DNA of 64,000 nucleotides, taken from the IMG/VR virus record IMGVR_UViG_2894625894_000003, positions 32,001 through 96,000 of that record; one strand, given 5' to 3'. The translations under genes and the position numbers were made by a program. The notes beneath the pieces are model-generated. The model was not told where the DNA came from and did not search any database. It saw nothing but the letters and a program-made list of their open reading frames with translations. This DNA is from a virus. Its lineage: Duplodnaviria; Caudoviricetes. Shown here in pieces: positions 1-9,733 of this stretch (position 1 is the stretch's first letter; the number at the start of each line of letters is the position of its first letter).

Positions 1-135
1 AATCGAGACCTCCAGGAATCACTCGATACGGTTCAGGTAAAGTACACGACCCATTTGAAATTACAGGGGAATACGCCAAAATGGATACGAAATCTGATTC
101 GTAAAATATACGGCAACCATGCAAGAACAATCTGA
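1..135 (+). CDS. Hypothetical protein, 5'-truncated
   Basis: Frame 1 open from base 1 to TGA at 133-135, same strand as the following operon. Confidence 0.5.
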   Translation, partial: NRDLQESLDTVQVKYTTHLKLQGNTPKWIRNLIRKIYGNHARTI

Positions 136-253
136 CATCTATGATTGTGACGGATGCGGTCACGAATTCCATTCGGACAAATTGGTCCAGACAGATAATG
201 GAACCTATTGTAAAAAGTGTCTACCCTATGAAGCGGATCAAACCCACTCCTGA
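119..253 (+). CDS. Small zinc-finger protein (44 aa), not in ORF track
   Basis: Manual translation MQEQSDIYDCDGCGHEFHSDKLVQTDNGTYCKKCLPYEADQTHS; two CxxC pairs; short overlaps with neighbours. Confidence 0.65.
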   Translation: MQEQSDIYDCDGCGHEFHSDKLVQTDNGTYCKKCLPYEADQTHS

Positions 254-389
254 TCAAATAATAGCCTTTGGATTAGTGGTTAATAAATATGGATATATGA
301 ATAAGCCATCTAAAGACCTGTATCCATATGATGCCGCTACTGGATGGCAAAATCTCAATAATGCCAGATTAATTTATGGTAACCGGTAA
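228..389 (+). CDS. Hypothetical protein (53 aa)
   Basis: ATG 228 in ORF 141..389; later start chosen so that genes tile. Confidence 0.5.
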   Translation: MKRIKPTPDQIIAFGLVVNKYGYMNKPSKDLYPYDAATGWQNLNNARLIYGNR

Positions 390-403
390 ATCCAACAATA
401 ATT

Positions 404-820
404 ATGACTGCGGAATTTGATAAAATGGATCCCGAGTTAAAAACCAAACTGGTGGCAGCCCTCCGGTCAGGTAAATACATAAAGTGGGAAGGGGATCTAA
501 AATTCGTAGAAGCTACCATTTGCCGGCACTGCACCATGGGGGTATTAGCGGATCTAAAGTATCCAAACAAGTGGATTGAACGCTATGAGAGGCAGAACGG
601 AATGACCATGGAAGTCCCGGGTTTAACTCTGGAAGGATTAGGCTTAACAGCTACACAACGAAATATGATTGTTAAACTAAACGATTGGGCTCAGTACGGG
701 AGAAGACATCTGGAACAAGTGGGTATACCAGAAGAATTTCTAAACAAGATCGACCCGGATGGTACACTGGAACAAACTACCTTCGACCACATGGCCGATT
801 TCATAGAAAACTATTTCTGA
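404..820 (+). CDS. Phage hypothetical protein
   Basis: 138 aa; LVAALRSGKY...CTMGVL...LND...F..MADFIE pattern recognisable from phage early proteins. Confidence 0.75.
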   Translation: MTAEFDKMDPELKTKLVAALRSGKYIKWEGDLKFVEATICRHCTMGVLADLKYPNKWIERYERQNGMTMEVPGLTLEGLGLTATQRNMIVKLNDWAQYGRRHLEQVGIPEEFLNKIDPDGTLEQTTFDHMADFIENYF

Positions 821-821
821 T

Positions 822-995
822 ATGGAAGGCCTAACACTCTCACCAGCTCCCCAGGATCAATACCCCCTGGAGGACTGGAAATACGAAGTAGCCAACAACC
901 AGACCCAACTCGGTTACCGGGATTGGGTCGAGAGTTGTCTGGAACGTGATACGTTCGATAATGTGGTTGATGACAATAACCAAGGAAGCAATTGA
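822..995 (+). CDS. Small phage protein (57 aa), not in ORF track
   Basis: MEGLTLSPAPQDQYPLEDWKYEVANNQTQLGYRDWVESCLE...; fills the gap between flanking genes; DWxYEVANxxTxLGYxxW motif familiar from phage hypotheticals. Confidence 0.75.
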   Translation: MEGLTLSPAPQDQYPLEDWKYEVANNQTQLGYRDWVESCLERDTFDNVVDDNNQGSN

Positions 996-1797
996 CAACC
1001 GGCTGGCCCAGCTGCTACGGGGCGATAAGAAACTCTTACACTCGGGGAATGATAATGCCAAGCTGGCCAAGAACTCGGTCGAAAGCTACATCCTGAATCT
1101 ATCCCCTTTTACTCAGAATTCGAAAGGCACTAACCTGTGCCCTGGATCAACACCAGGGTGCCAGACAGGTTGTTTGTCTACAGCGGGACACGGACGGATG
1201 CCGAGTGTAGTACAGACTAGGCTATTGAATACCGAAGTGTTCATCCACCACCGGAAGTTCTTCCTGAATAGATTGTTGGATGAGCTCAGAGCTCTCAATA
1301 TCCAGGCCATCCTGGAAAACACCCAATATGCTATTCGGTTGAACGGCACCTCAGATCTGGAATGGGTCCGATTGATTCAGACCATGACAGGGGAAAACAT
1401 TCTGGACTTCTCAAACCTGATCTACTATGACTACACGAAGATCGAAAACTGGGTCCATAAGTACTTCGGAACCAAATACCATCTGACTTTTTCAAGATCG
1501 GAAACCAACTGGGATCAGTGTAAAAAATTACTGGATTCCGGTCTTAATGTGGCGGTTGTCTTCCACCCTTACATTCCTTACCAATACGGTGGCTATCCAG
1601 TAATCTCCGGAGAGGAAAACGATATGCGGTTCACGGACCCAAAAGGAGTTGTTGTGGGCCTGCTGGCTAAAGGAAAGGCTAAGCAAGATAAACGGGGATT
1701 TGTGGTTGAGCACAAAGACTGGGGTTCCAGTATTGAAGGATGGAAAGCAGGACCGGAGGAACGTATTAAACGAGCTACTCAAACATTATTACCATGA
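970..1797 (+). CDS. GP88-family protein (putative Fe-S-binding Cys motif)
   Basis: NLCPGSTPGCQTGCL, IRLNGTSD, YDYTK, LTFSRSE, NVAVVF, DMRFTDP.GVVVGL.AKG.A; ATG 970 preferred. Confidence 0.8.
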   Translation: MTITKEAIDNRLAQLLRGDKKLLHSGNDNAKLAKNSVESYILNLSPFTQNSKGTNLCPGSTPGCQTGCLSTAGHGRMPSVVQTRLLNTEVFIHHRKFFLNRLLDELRALNIQAILENTQYAIRLNGTSDLEWVRLIQTMTGENILDFSNLIYYDYTKIENWVHKYFGTKYHLTFSRSETNWDQCKKLLDSGLNVAVVFHPYIPYQYGGYPVISGEENDMRFTDPKGVVVGLLAKGKAKQDKRGFVVEHKDWGSSIEGWKAGPEERIKRATQTLLP

Positions 1798-2489
1798 ACA
1801 GGCAAAATGTACAGGCCCTTCGAGTTGAATGGGCCAATATAAAACCTCGGGCAATCAATCTATTCCACCAGCTGCTCATACAGATGGGGCGATTTGGTGT
1901 AAAGTGGGTGTTATTTATCGATGGTATGGGCAATGATGACCCGATTGAGTTAAACCACCGAGATATACCACACGTCACAGGACTGAATTTAAAACCAGTA
2001 GATGTAGACAGCCACGACATCGTGGTATGGGGTATAATGGCAGATGGGTCTCTTCTGGCTGAAAGTAGCCAAAACGGTGCAAGTTTTAAGATGTCCGTTG
2101 ATACAATAGATACGGACCATTTACTACAAATTCTGGATTCAGGATACCTCTACCTGGATGAACCAAAATCCCATACTGAACCTGTTGAAGGTCCGCTAAC
2201 ACTGGATACCCCCTTTACGATCTGGTGGTCCCCTGAAACTGAAGAAGAGGCACGTGAATGGCAAAAGGATGCCAAAGACAAAGGGGATGTATCCTGGTAT
2301 ACAGTTGATACAGAGCATTATCGCCAAGACGGTCAACCCCAAATGGATTTTTTCATCAATACTACCATTGGCCGGGCACTTACCTATTACGAAAGACCGG
2401 ATGCTATTGCCCAGTATTTCAAGGAAGTAGAGGATGCCTTTGACCAGATTAACCAACTTTTTAAGGGGAAGCATGGCACAAGTGTTTGA
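1794..2489 (+). CDS. Hypothetical protein
   Basis: 231 aa, ATGA overlap with upstream gene. Confidence 0.75.
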   Translation: MNRQNVQALRVEWANIKPRAINLFHQLLIQMGRFGVKWVLFIDGMGNDDPIELNHRDIPHVTGLNLKPVDVDSHDIVVWGIMADGSLLAESSQNGASFKMSVDTIDTDHLLQILDSGYLYLDEPKSHTEPVEGPLTLDTPFTIWWSPETEEEAREWQKDAKDKGDVSWYTVDTEHYRQDGQPQMDFFINTTIGRALTYYERPDAIAQYFKEVEDAFDQINQLFKGKHGTSV

Positions 2490-2871
2490 ATTAATCCGGG
2501 ATGAACGGGTTACGATCTGGCACCGGTATTCTGTTAGTGTAGAAGCAGACAATATGGAGGAAGCCGTCAATAAACTAAAAGGGGACGGATCGCTTGGATA
2601 TGATTGGGCTAGTCAACCAGGTATAGTGGCAGGTCCCTGTGTTCCACTATGGGATACAGAAGAACTTACCGAACCGCAAGAACTCGGTTCATTTGGAAGC
2701 ATTGAAATAACCTTACCAGATGATAATCAAGGAGGTGAACCAAGCCTACTATGGTCCAATGCTAAATATCAAGAACCTGAAATAATGCACCCTGAAGATC
2801 CTGTAAATATAGGGCAGGACAGGAAATCGTACTCGGGCAATCAGGATCGGGAACACTACACAACAGATTAA
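2473..2871 (+). CDS. Hypothetical protein with DpnD/PcfM-like motif
   Basis: VSVEADNMEEAV motif; ATG 2473. Confidence 0.65.
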   Translation: MAQVFELIRDERVTIWHRYSVSVEADNMEEAVNKLKGDGSLGYDWASQPGIVAGPCVPLWDTEELTEPQELGSFGSIEITLPDDNQGGEPSLLWSNAKYQEPEIMHPEDPVNIGQDRKSYSGNQDREHYTTD

Positions 2872-2873
2872 CT

Positions 2874-3110
2874 ATGAAAGTTCAAACTGTTAATTATAAC
2901 CGAGTTCTCTCAGCCGGGTATACTGGTACAAGTGGAAACGGCAACACGAGGGGTATTCAATTAACACCCGTACTCCACAGTCGTCAGGTAGAAATGGTCC
3001 CACTAACCAGCCGGGGGAAACCGGCCTCCTGTGAAATCTGTGTTCCTATCGAGGAGATAGATGCTTTTATCGAAGCCCTTCAGGAAATCAAAACCAACTG
3101 GCCCAAATGA
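2874..3110 (+). CDS. Hypothetical protein
   Basis: 78 aa, tiled in operon. Confidence 0.7.
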   Translation: MKVQTVNYNRVLSAGYTGTSGNGNTRGIQLTPVLHSRQVEMVPLTSRGKPASCEICVPIEEIDAFIEALQEIKTNWPK

Positions 3111-3706
3111 CACCGACTGAATTCATATTACAGTATATGCCCTTTCGGTACCGGATATTTAGGGTAGACGAGTATGAGAAATGGCGGGCTGAAAATCCGA
3201 GACATACGTTTAGTACATCTCTTCTTGCCGAAAGACTACCTAGTCTATACACAGAAGATCAAATTAAACAGGTTTGGGTAACTGCTTTCTTTCGGGGTCG
3301 GGAATATAAATTACCTGAAAGTAATCCACATTTCAGAACCCGGTCTGCCGACAGGCATTCTCAAAATGGATGGACTTATTGGTATACGTTAAGTGACAAT
3401 AAGCCAACCTTTGATGACACTTTCGGCATTCTGATGAGAGAATGTATGAGTGCCTGGGACTGTAACGACTTTACAGAATACCTGATATACCTTCAGGAAC
3501 TCCAGACAGATCTGAACAAACTGGATCTAAAAGTGACCGAATATCAGTTTGACCTATTTGGTAAAATGTACCTAGTACTGGCTGAATTATTAGGTAGTGC
3601 TTATACGGAGTGGAGCTTGAACATGAATTTCAAGGCAGTTCAAGAACTCAAAACCGGAGAGTTTGAAGATTTTCTGGAGGCTTACCTGGAAGAAGTTGAC
3701 TATTAA
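3107..3706 (+). CDS. Hypothetical protein
   Basis: 199 aa, ATGA overlap. Confidence 0.75.
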   Translation: MTPTEFILQYMPFRYRIFRVDEYEKWRAENPRHTFSTSLLAERLPSLYTEDQIKQVWVTAFFRGREYKLPESNPHFRTRSADRHSQNGWTYWYTLSDNKPTFDDTFGILMRECMSAWDCNDFTEYLIYLQELQTDLNKLDLKVTEYQFDLFGKMYLVLAELLGSAYTEWSLNMNFKAVQELKTGEFEDFLEAYLEEVDY

Positions 3707-3708
3707 CG

Positions 3709-3999
3709 ATGCCCCAATACATTATTCCCTGCTATTTCGAATTTCACGGCAAAGTAGCTGTGGAAGCAGACACGTTGGAAGAGGCTGTTGAACAGGTCAC
3801 CCAACAACAGGACCTAAATGGAGACGAGAGCTTCCGGAAAGGAAACGTTTCCGATCTGCACTTTACTGAACACGTAAAACTGGATACTCCCGGTATTACC
3901 GAGTACAATAGTCAAAAATTTCCAGGTGAGGTTGAAGCCTTTAAAAAACTGTCACTGGACCAACTCAAAGAACTATTTGGATCAGACCATGTTGAATAA
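3709..3999 (+). CDS. Hypothetical protein with DpnD/PcfM-like motif
   Basis: VAVEADTLEEAV motif. Confidence 0.65.
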   Translation: MPQYIIPCYFEFHGKVAVEADTLEEAVEQVTQQQDLNGDESFRKGNVSDLHFTEHVKLDTPGITEYNSQKFPGEVEAFKKLSLDQLKELFGSDHVE

Positions 4000-5563
4000 C
4001 CCTGAGTTTTACCCCACCCCAGAAGCCGTTATACGGCGCATGCTGGAACCCTACAAAGGACTTGATGACAAACACGTTCTGGACCCCGAAGCAGGGAGCG
4101 GGGCCATACTGGATTATCTAAACAGTACCAGACACCGTGTACCTCGCAACAAGCTGTACTGCCTGGAATCCGATCCCGAGCTGCAATTCACCCTTCAAGG
4201 GAAGGGCTACCGGTTTTTAGGCCCGGATTTTCTGGATTATCAGGGTGATTACCGGTTTGATCTGGTTGTAATGAACCCACCTTTTTCGAACGGAGATGCC
4301 CATCTACTCAAGGCCTGGGAGATCATGCGGAACGGTGACATCGTTTGTCTTCTGAACTGGGAAACCATTAATAATCCCTATACCAAACGGCGTCAGGAAT
4401 TAGTGGCACTTATTGAGCAGCATGGCACGGTTGAGAATATCGGACCCGTCTTCGATGAGTTAAACGTACTGAGAAAAACCGACATCGATATTGCTCTGGT
4501 ACGGCTCCAAAAAACCGAATCTGATCCGCTGCTTGACTTTAGCCATCTACGCTCGAAGGACAAGCCGGTTGATTTATCATTCGACCTAAACAGTGCAGAA
4601 ACGACCTTGATTAAGGAAGACAAAATCGGGGCCATGTTGGATCTGTTTGAGAAAACCAAGGAGATGTTTGTTGGGCTGCTGAAAGCCCGTAATCAGCTGA
4701 GTTATTACGGTAATCATCTCATTGACCAGAATATCTTTGAGATTGCCGACAATGCCCTTAAAAATGGTAGGAGTACGAATGATGTATACAACCTATTCAT
4801 TCAGGAGTATGGTGGTGCCGCCTGGGCCAGCATCCTACGTAAACTCAGTGTGGAAAAATACTTGACATACAAGGTAAAACAGGATTTCGAAAAATTCCGG
4901 CAAACCCAGGGAAGCATGTCGTTGACCAGAGAAAACATCATTGCCTTAGTGCAGATGCTGATTACCAACCGGCACGAAATTATGAAAAAGGCCGTGGTGG
5001 AAGTGTTTGATCAGTGTACCAAGTACTACCATGAGAATCGTATGATGGTAGCTGGCTGGAAAACCAATGATGCCTGGAAAGTCAACAAACGGATTGTGTT
5101 ACCACGATACATTAGTTCAGAAAACCGGGAATACCGGTCTCAACCGCAAATGTTTCGTATCAACTGGAATTACTCGGATCAATTCAGAGACATCGAAAAG
5201 GTGATGTGTTACCTGACTGGCCGTGACTGGGATAAAATAACCCGGATGGAGGACATTATTAATACCATTCCGTTCGGCAAAACAGCTGAGACCGAAACCG
5301 AATTCTTTTGGATACGCTGTTATCTGAAAGGTACGATCCACCTCCGTTTTAAAGATGATAAACTCTGGGAACGATTCAACAGGACGGCAGCAGAAGGTAA
5401 AAACTGGCTAGGGTATGATCCAAGTTACAAACCCGATTCAAAACAAACCCCTTCATCCAATCTGGTACCTATTAAACCAGTTCCTCAGGAGGAATTGGCC
5501 GAGCAATACGGCAGTGTTCTTACTCCTGAACAGAACGGTCAACTGGCCCTGGTGCTCGTTTAA
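3989..5563 (+). CDS. SAM-dependent N6-adenine DNA methyltransferase with DUF4942-like C-terminal domain
   Basis: FYPTP, motif I LDPEAGSGAI, motif IV MNPPF; C-terminal FFWIRCYLKGTIHLRFKD; ATG 3989. Confidence 0.85.
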   Translation: MLNNPEFYPTPEAVIRRMLEPYKGLDDKHVLDPEAGSGAILDYLNSTRHRVPRNKLYCLESDPELQFTLQGKGYRFLGPDFLDYQGDYRFDLVVMNPPFSNGDAHLLKAWEIMRNGDIVCLLNWETINNPYTKRRQELVALIEQHGTVENIGPVFDELNVLRKTDIDIALVRLQKTESDPLLDFSHLRSKDKPVDLSFDLNSAETTLIKEDKIGAMLDLFEKTKEMFVGLLKARNQLSYYGNHLIDQNIFEIADNALKNGRSTNDVYNLFIQEYGGAAWASILRKLSVEKYLTYKVKQDFEKFRQTQGSMSLTRENIIALVQMLITNRHEIMKKAVVEVFDQCTKYYHENRMMVAGWKTNDAWKVNKRIVLPRYISSENREYRSQPQMFRINWNYSDQFRDIEKVMCYLTGRDWDKITRMEDIINTIPFGKTAETETEFFWIRCYLKGTIHLRFKDDKLWERFNRTAAEGKNWLGYDPSYKPDSKQTPSSNLVPIKPVPQEELAEQYGSVLTPEQNGQLALVLV

Positions 5564-5576
5564 TCCAACACTCTTT

Positions 5577-5831
5577 ATGATTGTTAATATTCCGGACCGC
5601 TCGGTGACGGAAGGGGTCAAGGTATCCCGGTTTGAAATCGGGAACACTTGCCCGGTTTGCGGGGGTCCCAGGGGTCTCAACCGGTGGCAAGTGAACCACT
5701 ATGACGGAAAACAGGTCCTACTAGTTGACATTTGGACCAATCCCTGTGGGCATGTTGATCTGCAAAGTAGTGCCCGCCAGGAAGCTGCTCAAATCCTAAA
5801 AGAGCAGGAAGAACTGGCTAACACCGGATAA
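5577..5831 (+). CDS. Small Zn-ribbon-like protein
   Basis: CPVCGGPRG...WTNPCGH; ATG 5577. Confidence 0.7.
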   Translation: MIVNIPDRSVTEGVKVSRFEIGNTCPVCGGPRGLNRWQVNHYDGKQVLLVDIWTNPCGHVDLQSSARQEAAQILKEQEELANTG

Positions 5832-5867
5832 ATACCGAAAAACCGGTAGAACTAATCAATAAATAAT

Positions 5868-5875
5868 TACCTTTG
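5868..5875 (+). promoter_or_regulatory. Possible Bacteroidota -7 promoter element (TAnnTTTG)
   Basis: TACCTTTG in an AT-rich gap, but it abuts the GTG start and no clear -33 TTTG. Confidence 0.3.
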
Positions 5876-6696
5876 TGCTCAAACCGGCAGAAATAACCGA
5901 TCTGGATGATCTTATCGGATCGGGTGCCCTGTTCATCGCAAATCATTCTGGCGGGAAGGACAGTGATGCCATGTACGATTATCTGGCCAGGACTATCCCG
6001 GCCCCCCAATTAATCGTTGTCCATGTCGCCCTTGGCCACATCGAATGGCCTGGACTCATCGAACATATTCAAACGTATCTACAGCCCGGACATGATTTCC
6101 ACGTCATCAGCTCCCACAAAACGCTGTTTGATATGGTTAACAACCGGGGCATGTGGCCGTCTCCTGAGAACCGGCAGTGTACGTCCGATTTAAAACGTGA
6201 CCCCGTTGCCAAGCTGGCCCGGAAACTATCCAATGAACGCAATATTCCGATCATTGTGGATTGTCTGGGTCTTCGATCCCAGGAATCCGCAGCCCGTTCC
6301 AAACAACCAACCTGGAAACTTAATACCCGGCAGACCAATACACTCCGTACAGCCTATACCTGGCATCCAATTCTGGACTGGACAATTGAGGATGTCTGGG
6401 CAAGCCGGGGGCATACTGTTCTGGAGCTAGTTGAACGTCAGGAAATTTGGGAATATGACCCCGTAGCCGCCGTCAAAGGCTGGAATTTTCACTGGGTTTA
6501 TCCCGCCGGCATGGAGCGGTGTTCGTGCAGCTTCTGTATCATGGCCAAGGATTCGGATCTGAAACGGGCTGGAAAACTTCGACCTGATTTATTGCTGGAA
6601 TACGCCAAGCTGGAACGATCCATTGGTCACACCTTTCGGATGCCCAGGAAAAACCAACCCAAACTCTATCTGGATGAACTCTGCCTTTTATCTTGA
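5875..6696 (+). CDS. PAPS-reductase-family (PP-loop) protein
   Basis: SGGKDS PP-loop, CTSDLKRDP, GLRSQESAAR, PILDW, RCSCSFC. Confidence 0.85.
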   Translation: MLKPAEITDLDDLIGSGALFIANHSGGKDSDAMYDYLARTIPAPQLIVVHVALGHIEWPGLIEHIQTYLQPGHDFHVISSHKTLFDMVNNRGMWPSPENRQCTSDLKRDPVAKLARKLSNERNIPIIVDCLGLRSQESAARSKQPTWKLNTRQTNTLRTAYTWHPILDWTIEDVWASRGHTVLELVERQEIWEYDPVAAVKGWNFHWVYPAGMERCSCSFCIMAKDSDLKRAGKLRPDLLLEYAKLERSIGHTFRMPRKNQPKLYLDELCLLS

Positions 6697-7090
6697 CTGT
6701 AAAGATCCAGATGGAACCAGTCACTTATTTGCTCTTATTCCCATATTTGATAATACAGAGGTCTATGATGTCTACGTTGGGTTAAAAGATCCTTCAATCA
6801 GTATATTCTCCTTTACCTGGCCATTTGGTGAGAATCAGTATGTTTGGATTACCAAACGGGTTACCAAACTTATTGGTGAAGTTGGTAAGCCCGGTGTGGC
6901 TGAAGCCGTATTCGGATCTCTGGATAAACCAGATTTACGATCTGTATGGATCCAAGGAGAAACCAATCAATTGGCTGGCTACTCCCTCCCTCTTTCCCCA
7001 AAGCATGCTTTGGACATGACCATTCGACAACTGGGGTTACTTGGGGAAAATGATACCCCATCCCGGATTGTGGTTTTACAACTAGAATGA
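6674..7090 (+). CDS. Hypothetical protein
   Basis: ATG 6674 in ORF 6623..7090; tiles operon. Confidence 0.65.
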   Translation: MNSAFYLDCKDPDGTSHLFALIPIFDNTEVYDVYVGLKDPSISIFSFTWPFGENQYVWITKRVTKLIGEVGKPGVAEAVFGSLDKPDLRSVWIQGETNQLAGYSLPLSPKHALDMTIRQLGLLGENDTPSRIVVLQLE

Positions 7091-7695
7091 CACATACTTC
7101 CGAATTGATTGTTGAGCTACTGGTTAACCATTTCGAAAAAGAAGACCAGGGAAGTTATGACCTCTCTCCCATCGTGTTTGAAAACGGGTGGACAGTACAC
7201 GGTGTATTTCGGAATGAGGATAAAACATGGTCAGTCAGTTACAGCACTCCCCATCTCTTTGGAGCCATGGATGACATAGAAATCCAGTATCTCTGTGAAG
7301 AGGAACTGTTCCTGTTGGCCAATGCCTTTATTCCAATCGCTACCCCAGTCTTTGCCGAAGGCATTCCGATTTACGGAGAAGATGTCAAAGGACTTCCCAT
7401 GGGTATGTATCTGGGTTTATTTCACGGTTTTGTTTCTGAACTAGACCGTCAACGTAAACAAGACTGGGGCTCCTGTGGACCAATTATAGGACCACTTTCG
7501 TATGCACAAAACACCTATAGAGGGCATCTGAAATACCAATTTGCCATTGGATACGAGGACCGAGCCAAACTATACGGACTGGAACCTGAAGGGATGCTCG
7601 ATATTACCGAAGGTGTTCTTCAGTACCAGGGTTTCGGATACGGTGACTGGACATGCCACCCGGTTAATCTTCCTGAAAAAACTAACAACCAATAA
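7087..7695 (+). CDS. Hypothetical protein
   Basis: 202 aa; YLGLFHG...DWG..GPIIGPL motif; ATGA overlap. Confidence 0.75.
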   Translation: MTHTSELIVELLVNHFEKEDQGSYDLSPIVFENGWTVHGVFRNEDKTWSVSYSTPHLFGAMDDIEIQYLCEEELFLLANAFIPIATPVFAEGIPIYGEDVKGLPMGMYLGLFHGFVSELDRQRKQDWGSCGPIIGPLSYAQNTYRGHLKYQFAIGYEDRAKLYGLEPEGMLDITEGVLQYQGFGYGDWTCHPVNLPEKTNNQ

Positions 7696-7703
7696 TACCA
7701 ATT

Positions 7704-7970
7704 ATGTCAAGTACCCAACAAGTGTCCCGTCGCCGGCCCCTTACGGAAAATGAACGTAGACAGATCAACCCCCTACTTCGCCGGTTTTACGGGGATCGGG
7801 AGGATCAGGATCGTAAAGTGGACGGATTTAAACCCGCTGACTGGTTCAACGTCGATGAGCACAAATTAGTCAGTGGAGATCTGCTGTACGTCAAGAAGCT
7901 ACCGGCCACCCGCCAACAAGTAGCCGGATTTTACTGGTGGATCTCCAGTCCGGACCTGGTCCATGCTTAG
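7704..7970 (+). CDS. Hypothetical protein
   Basis: 88 aa in operon. Confidence 0.65.
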   Translation: MSSTQQVSRRRPLTENERRQINPLLRRFYGDREDQDRKVDGFKPADWFNVDEHKLVSGDLLYVKKLPATRQQVAGFYWWISSPDLVHA

Positions 7971-8916
7971 TCTGGAAACAGCCCTGACCGAAAACGTTAC
8001 CTACCTTCGAGCCGACCTGGTTGGAGACCGCTGGACTGGATTGCCAGTTGGAGATCTGCAGCAGGCTGCCCGGCAAGGTCAGAATGTAATGCTGGTCGAT
8101 GCCTCGGTCCGCAAGAACATCCTCTACCCTGCTTTTTTGCTGGAAGAGCTCTGCGGCTGTACTGATGCCGGCCAATATCCGCACATGAGCCTGGCTCATT
8201 CAGATTCGGACATGAACCAGTTACCTCCCATTTCTAACTATGACTGGGAACTACTCAGCCGGTTTCATGGCAGTTGGTATACGGCCCTCTATGACTACCT
8301 ACATACCGACGAATTCAAACAGATTCTCCGGGACATCTCCCAGTTACGGAAAAAGGAGACAGTTTTTCCGGATGTCCACCAGATGTTTGCTGCTTTCCTG
8401 ATGCCCTTGCAAAAAATCAAAGGTGTCTGGATGGGGCCAGGTCCGTTAAATCAGCCAGGTTTAGCCAATGGACGATTATGGGCTATAGACGGCGGGGGCA
8501 GGCTTTGGACAAAATCCTCACTGTATAAATCGGTAGAAATTAGTTTAATCCAGGAATGTATACGAAAAACAGCAAATCTCTCGTTTAACTGGGAATTACG
8601 GGGAGATTTAGTAAATTTGACCCAGCAAGGTGTTTTCTTGTTACAGGCGGGACTTACCGGTAACAAATCCCCTTTAGCCCACCTGAGTATTTGGAAACCA
8701 TTTACCCAGCAAATCGTAACTATTTTAAACAATCGTCCAGGTCTTGGATGGATTCTGTTCGGATCCGATGCCCAGAGCTGGCATAGCGCAATCAACCCGG
8801 ACCATGCCGTCTGGACACTGTCACATCCCCTCCAATACGTACGTCAGGGTATTAGCCTGGACACCGACGTATTTGTTCAATTTGCCGAACAAATCGGCAT
8901 CTCCTATGACGACTAA
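7963..8916 (+). CDS. Uracil-DNA glycosylase-like protein with degenerate active site
   Basis: VFP...FAAF.....IKGVWMGPGP...ANG, QQGVFLLQ..LT, H..IWKPFT, ILFGSDAQ, SHP line up with family-1 UDG; GQDPY motif altered. Confidence 0.75.
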   Translation: MLSLETALTENVTYLRADLVGDRWTGLPVGDLQQAARQGQNVMLVDASVRKNILYPAFLLEELCGCTDAGQYPHMSLAHSDSDMNQLPPISNYDWELLSRFHGSWYTALYDYLHTDEFKQILRDISQLRKKETVFPDVHQMFAAFLMPLQKIKGVWMGPGPLNQPGLANGRLWAIDGGGRLWTKSSLYKSVEISLIQECIRKTANLSFNWELRGDLVNLTQQGVFLLQAGLTGNKSPLAHLSIWKPFTQQIVTILNNRPGLGWILFGSDAQSWHSAINPDHAVWTLSHPLQYVRQGISLDTDVFVQFAEQIGISYDD

Positions 8917-9688
8917 TCAGATTGCAACCAAGGAAGATTTCCTGACCAACTGGCAACCCTACCTGGTCAGCCAGGAAATCGACTTTGGCCTCGTTGATAA
9001 AAAACATTTTAACCGGCAACGACAGGAAGTCACCCTGTTTTCGACGGAGGTCCGGGCTCAGACATTTATTGTAGTAAATAACCTGGTCTACAAGTTAACC
9101 CAGCGAAAAGAGGACCTCGAATTTAATATTAGAGGTCAGTACGGAATTGCCGTCAAACTGCCATTCGAGGAAGAGTATTTCCGGCCAGTACCGCTCTTCC
9201 AGCTAAACACCATTGATCAACCCCCAGTTGCCGACGTTACCCAATCCATCAATACGGTTTCAGCCGGCACCCAGGTTGATTTATACTCTGCCGTAGCAAC
9301 CATGGAAGCCGTGGTGGATTCAGTACCGGGGGATGATGCTTTCAATGTCTTCCTGGACAAACAGCTCAATCAGATCCGGCATATCCTCATTGTCAAAGCC
9401 CGGGAATACGTCCGCAACAACAATCGCTGGCACAACTTCGAATCCATTGGAGGGCTCAATATGGAGACCCCCGAACGGGCTCTTTGGGGACTGGTTTCCA
9501 AACAGATCATTTCCCTTCGGGATATTGTGCTGGATCTGGAAAACCGTCAGATTACTCCGACTCAGGCCATGATCGATGAAAAGTGTGGGGACGTGGAGGT
9601 CTATACCCTTTTATTACACGGATTATTCAACAAACGAATTGTAGATAATGCCGGCAGGCTTTCCGAAGCAGCCAACCAGGCGGCATAA
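8906..9688 (+). CDS. Protein with C-terminal all-alpha NTP-pyrophosphatase-like (Nmad1/DUF1599-like) domain
   Basis: KAREY...RWHNF...TPERALWG...KQIIS...EKCGDVEVY; ATG 8906. Confidence 0.6.
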   Translation: MTTNQIATKEDFLTNWQPYLVSQEIDFGLVDKKHFNRQRQEVTLFSTEVRAQTFIVVNNLVYKLTQRKEDLEFNIRGQYGIAVKLPFEEEYFRPVPLFQLNTIDQPPVADVTQSINTVSAGTQVDLYSAVATMEAVVDSVPGDDAFNVFLDKQLNQIRHILIVKAREYVRNNNRWHNFESIGGLNMETPERALWGLVSKQIISLRDIVLDLENRQITPTQAMIDEKCGDVEVYTLLLHGLFNKRIVDNAGRLSEAANQAA

Positions 9689-9696
9689 CTACTATA

Positions 9697-9723
9697 TACC
9701 CGGTTGGTCTTTCTGACCGGGTA
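9697..9723. repeat. Intergenic hairpin
   Basis: tacccggttgg / ctgaccgggta inverted repeat with G-T wobbles. Confidence 0.55.
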
Positions 9724-9733
9724 ATACAACTCT

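Noticed and set aside
5875-6696. PAPS-reductase-like gene as a dnd phosphorothioation or sulfate-assimilation locus
   Set aside because: No dndA/B/D/E, ssp or cys genes in the window; only family-level assignment is supportable
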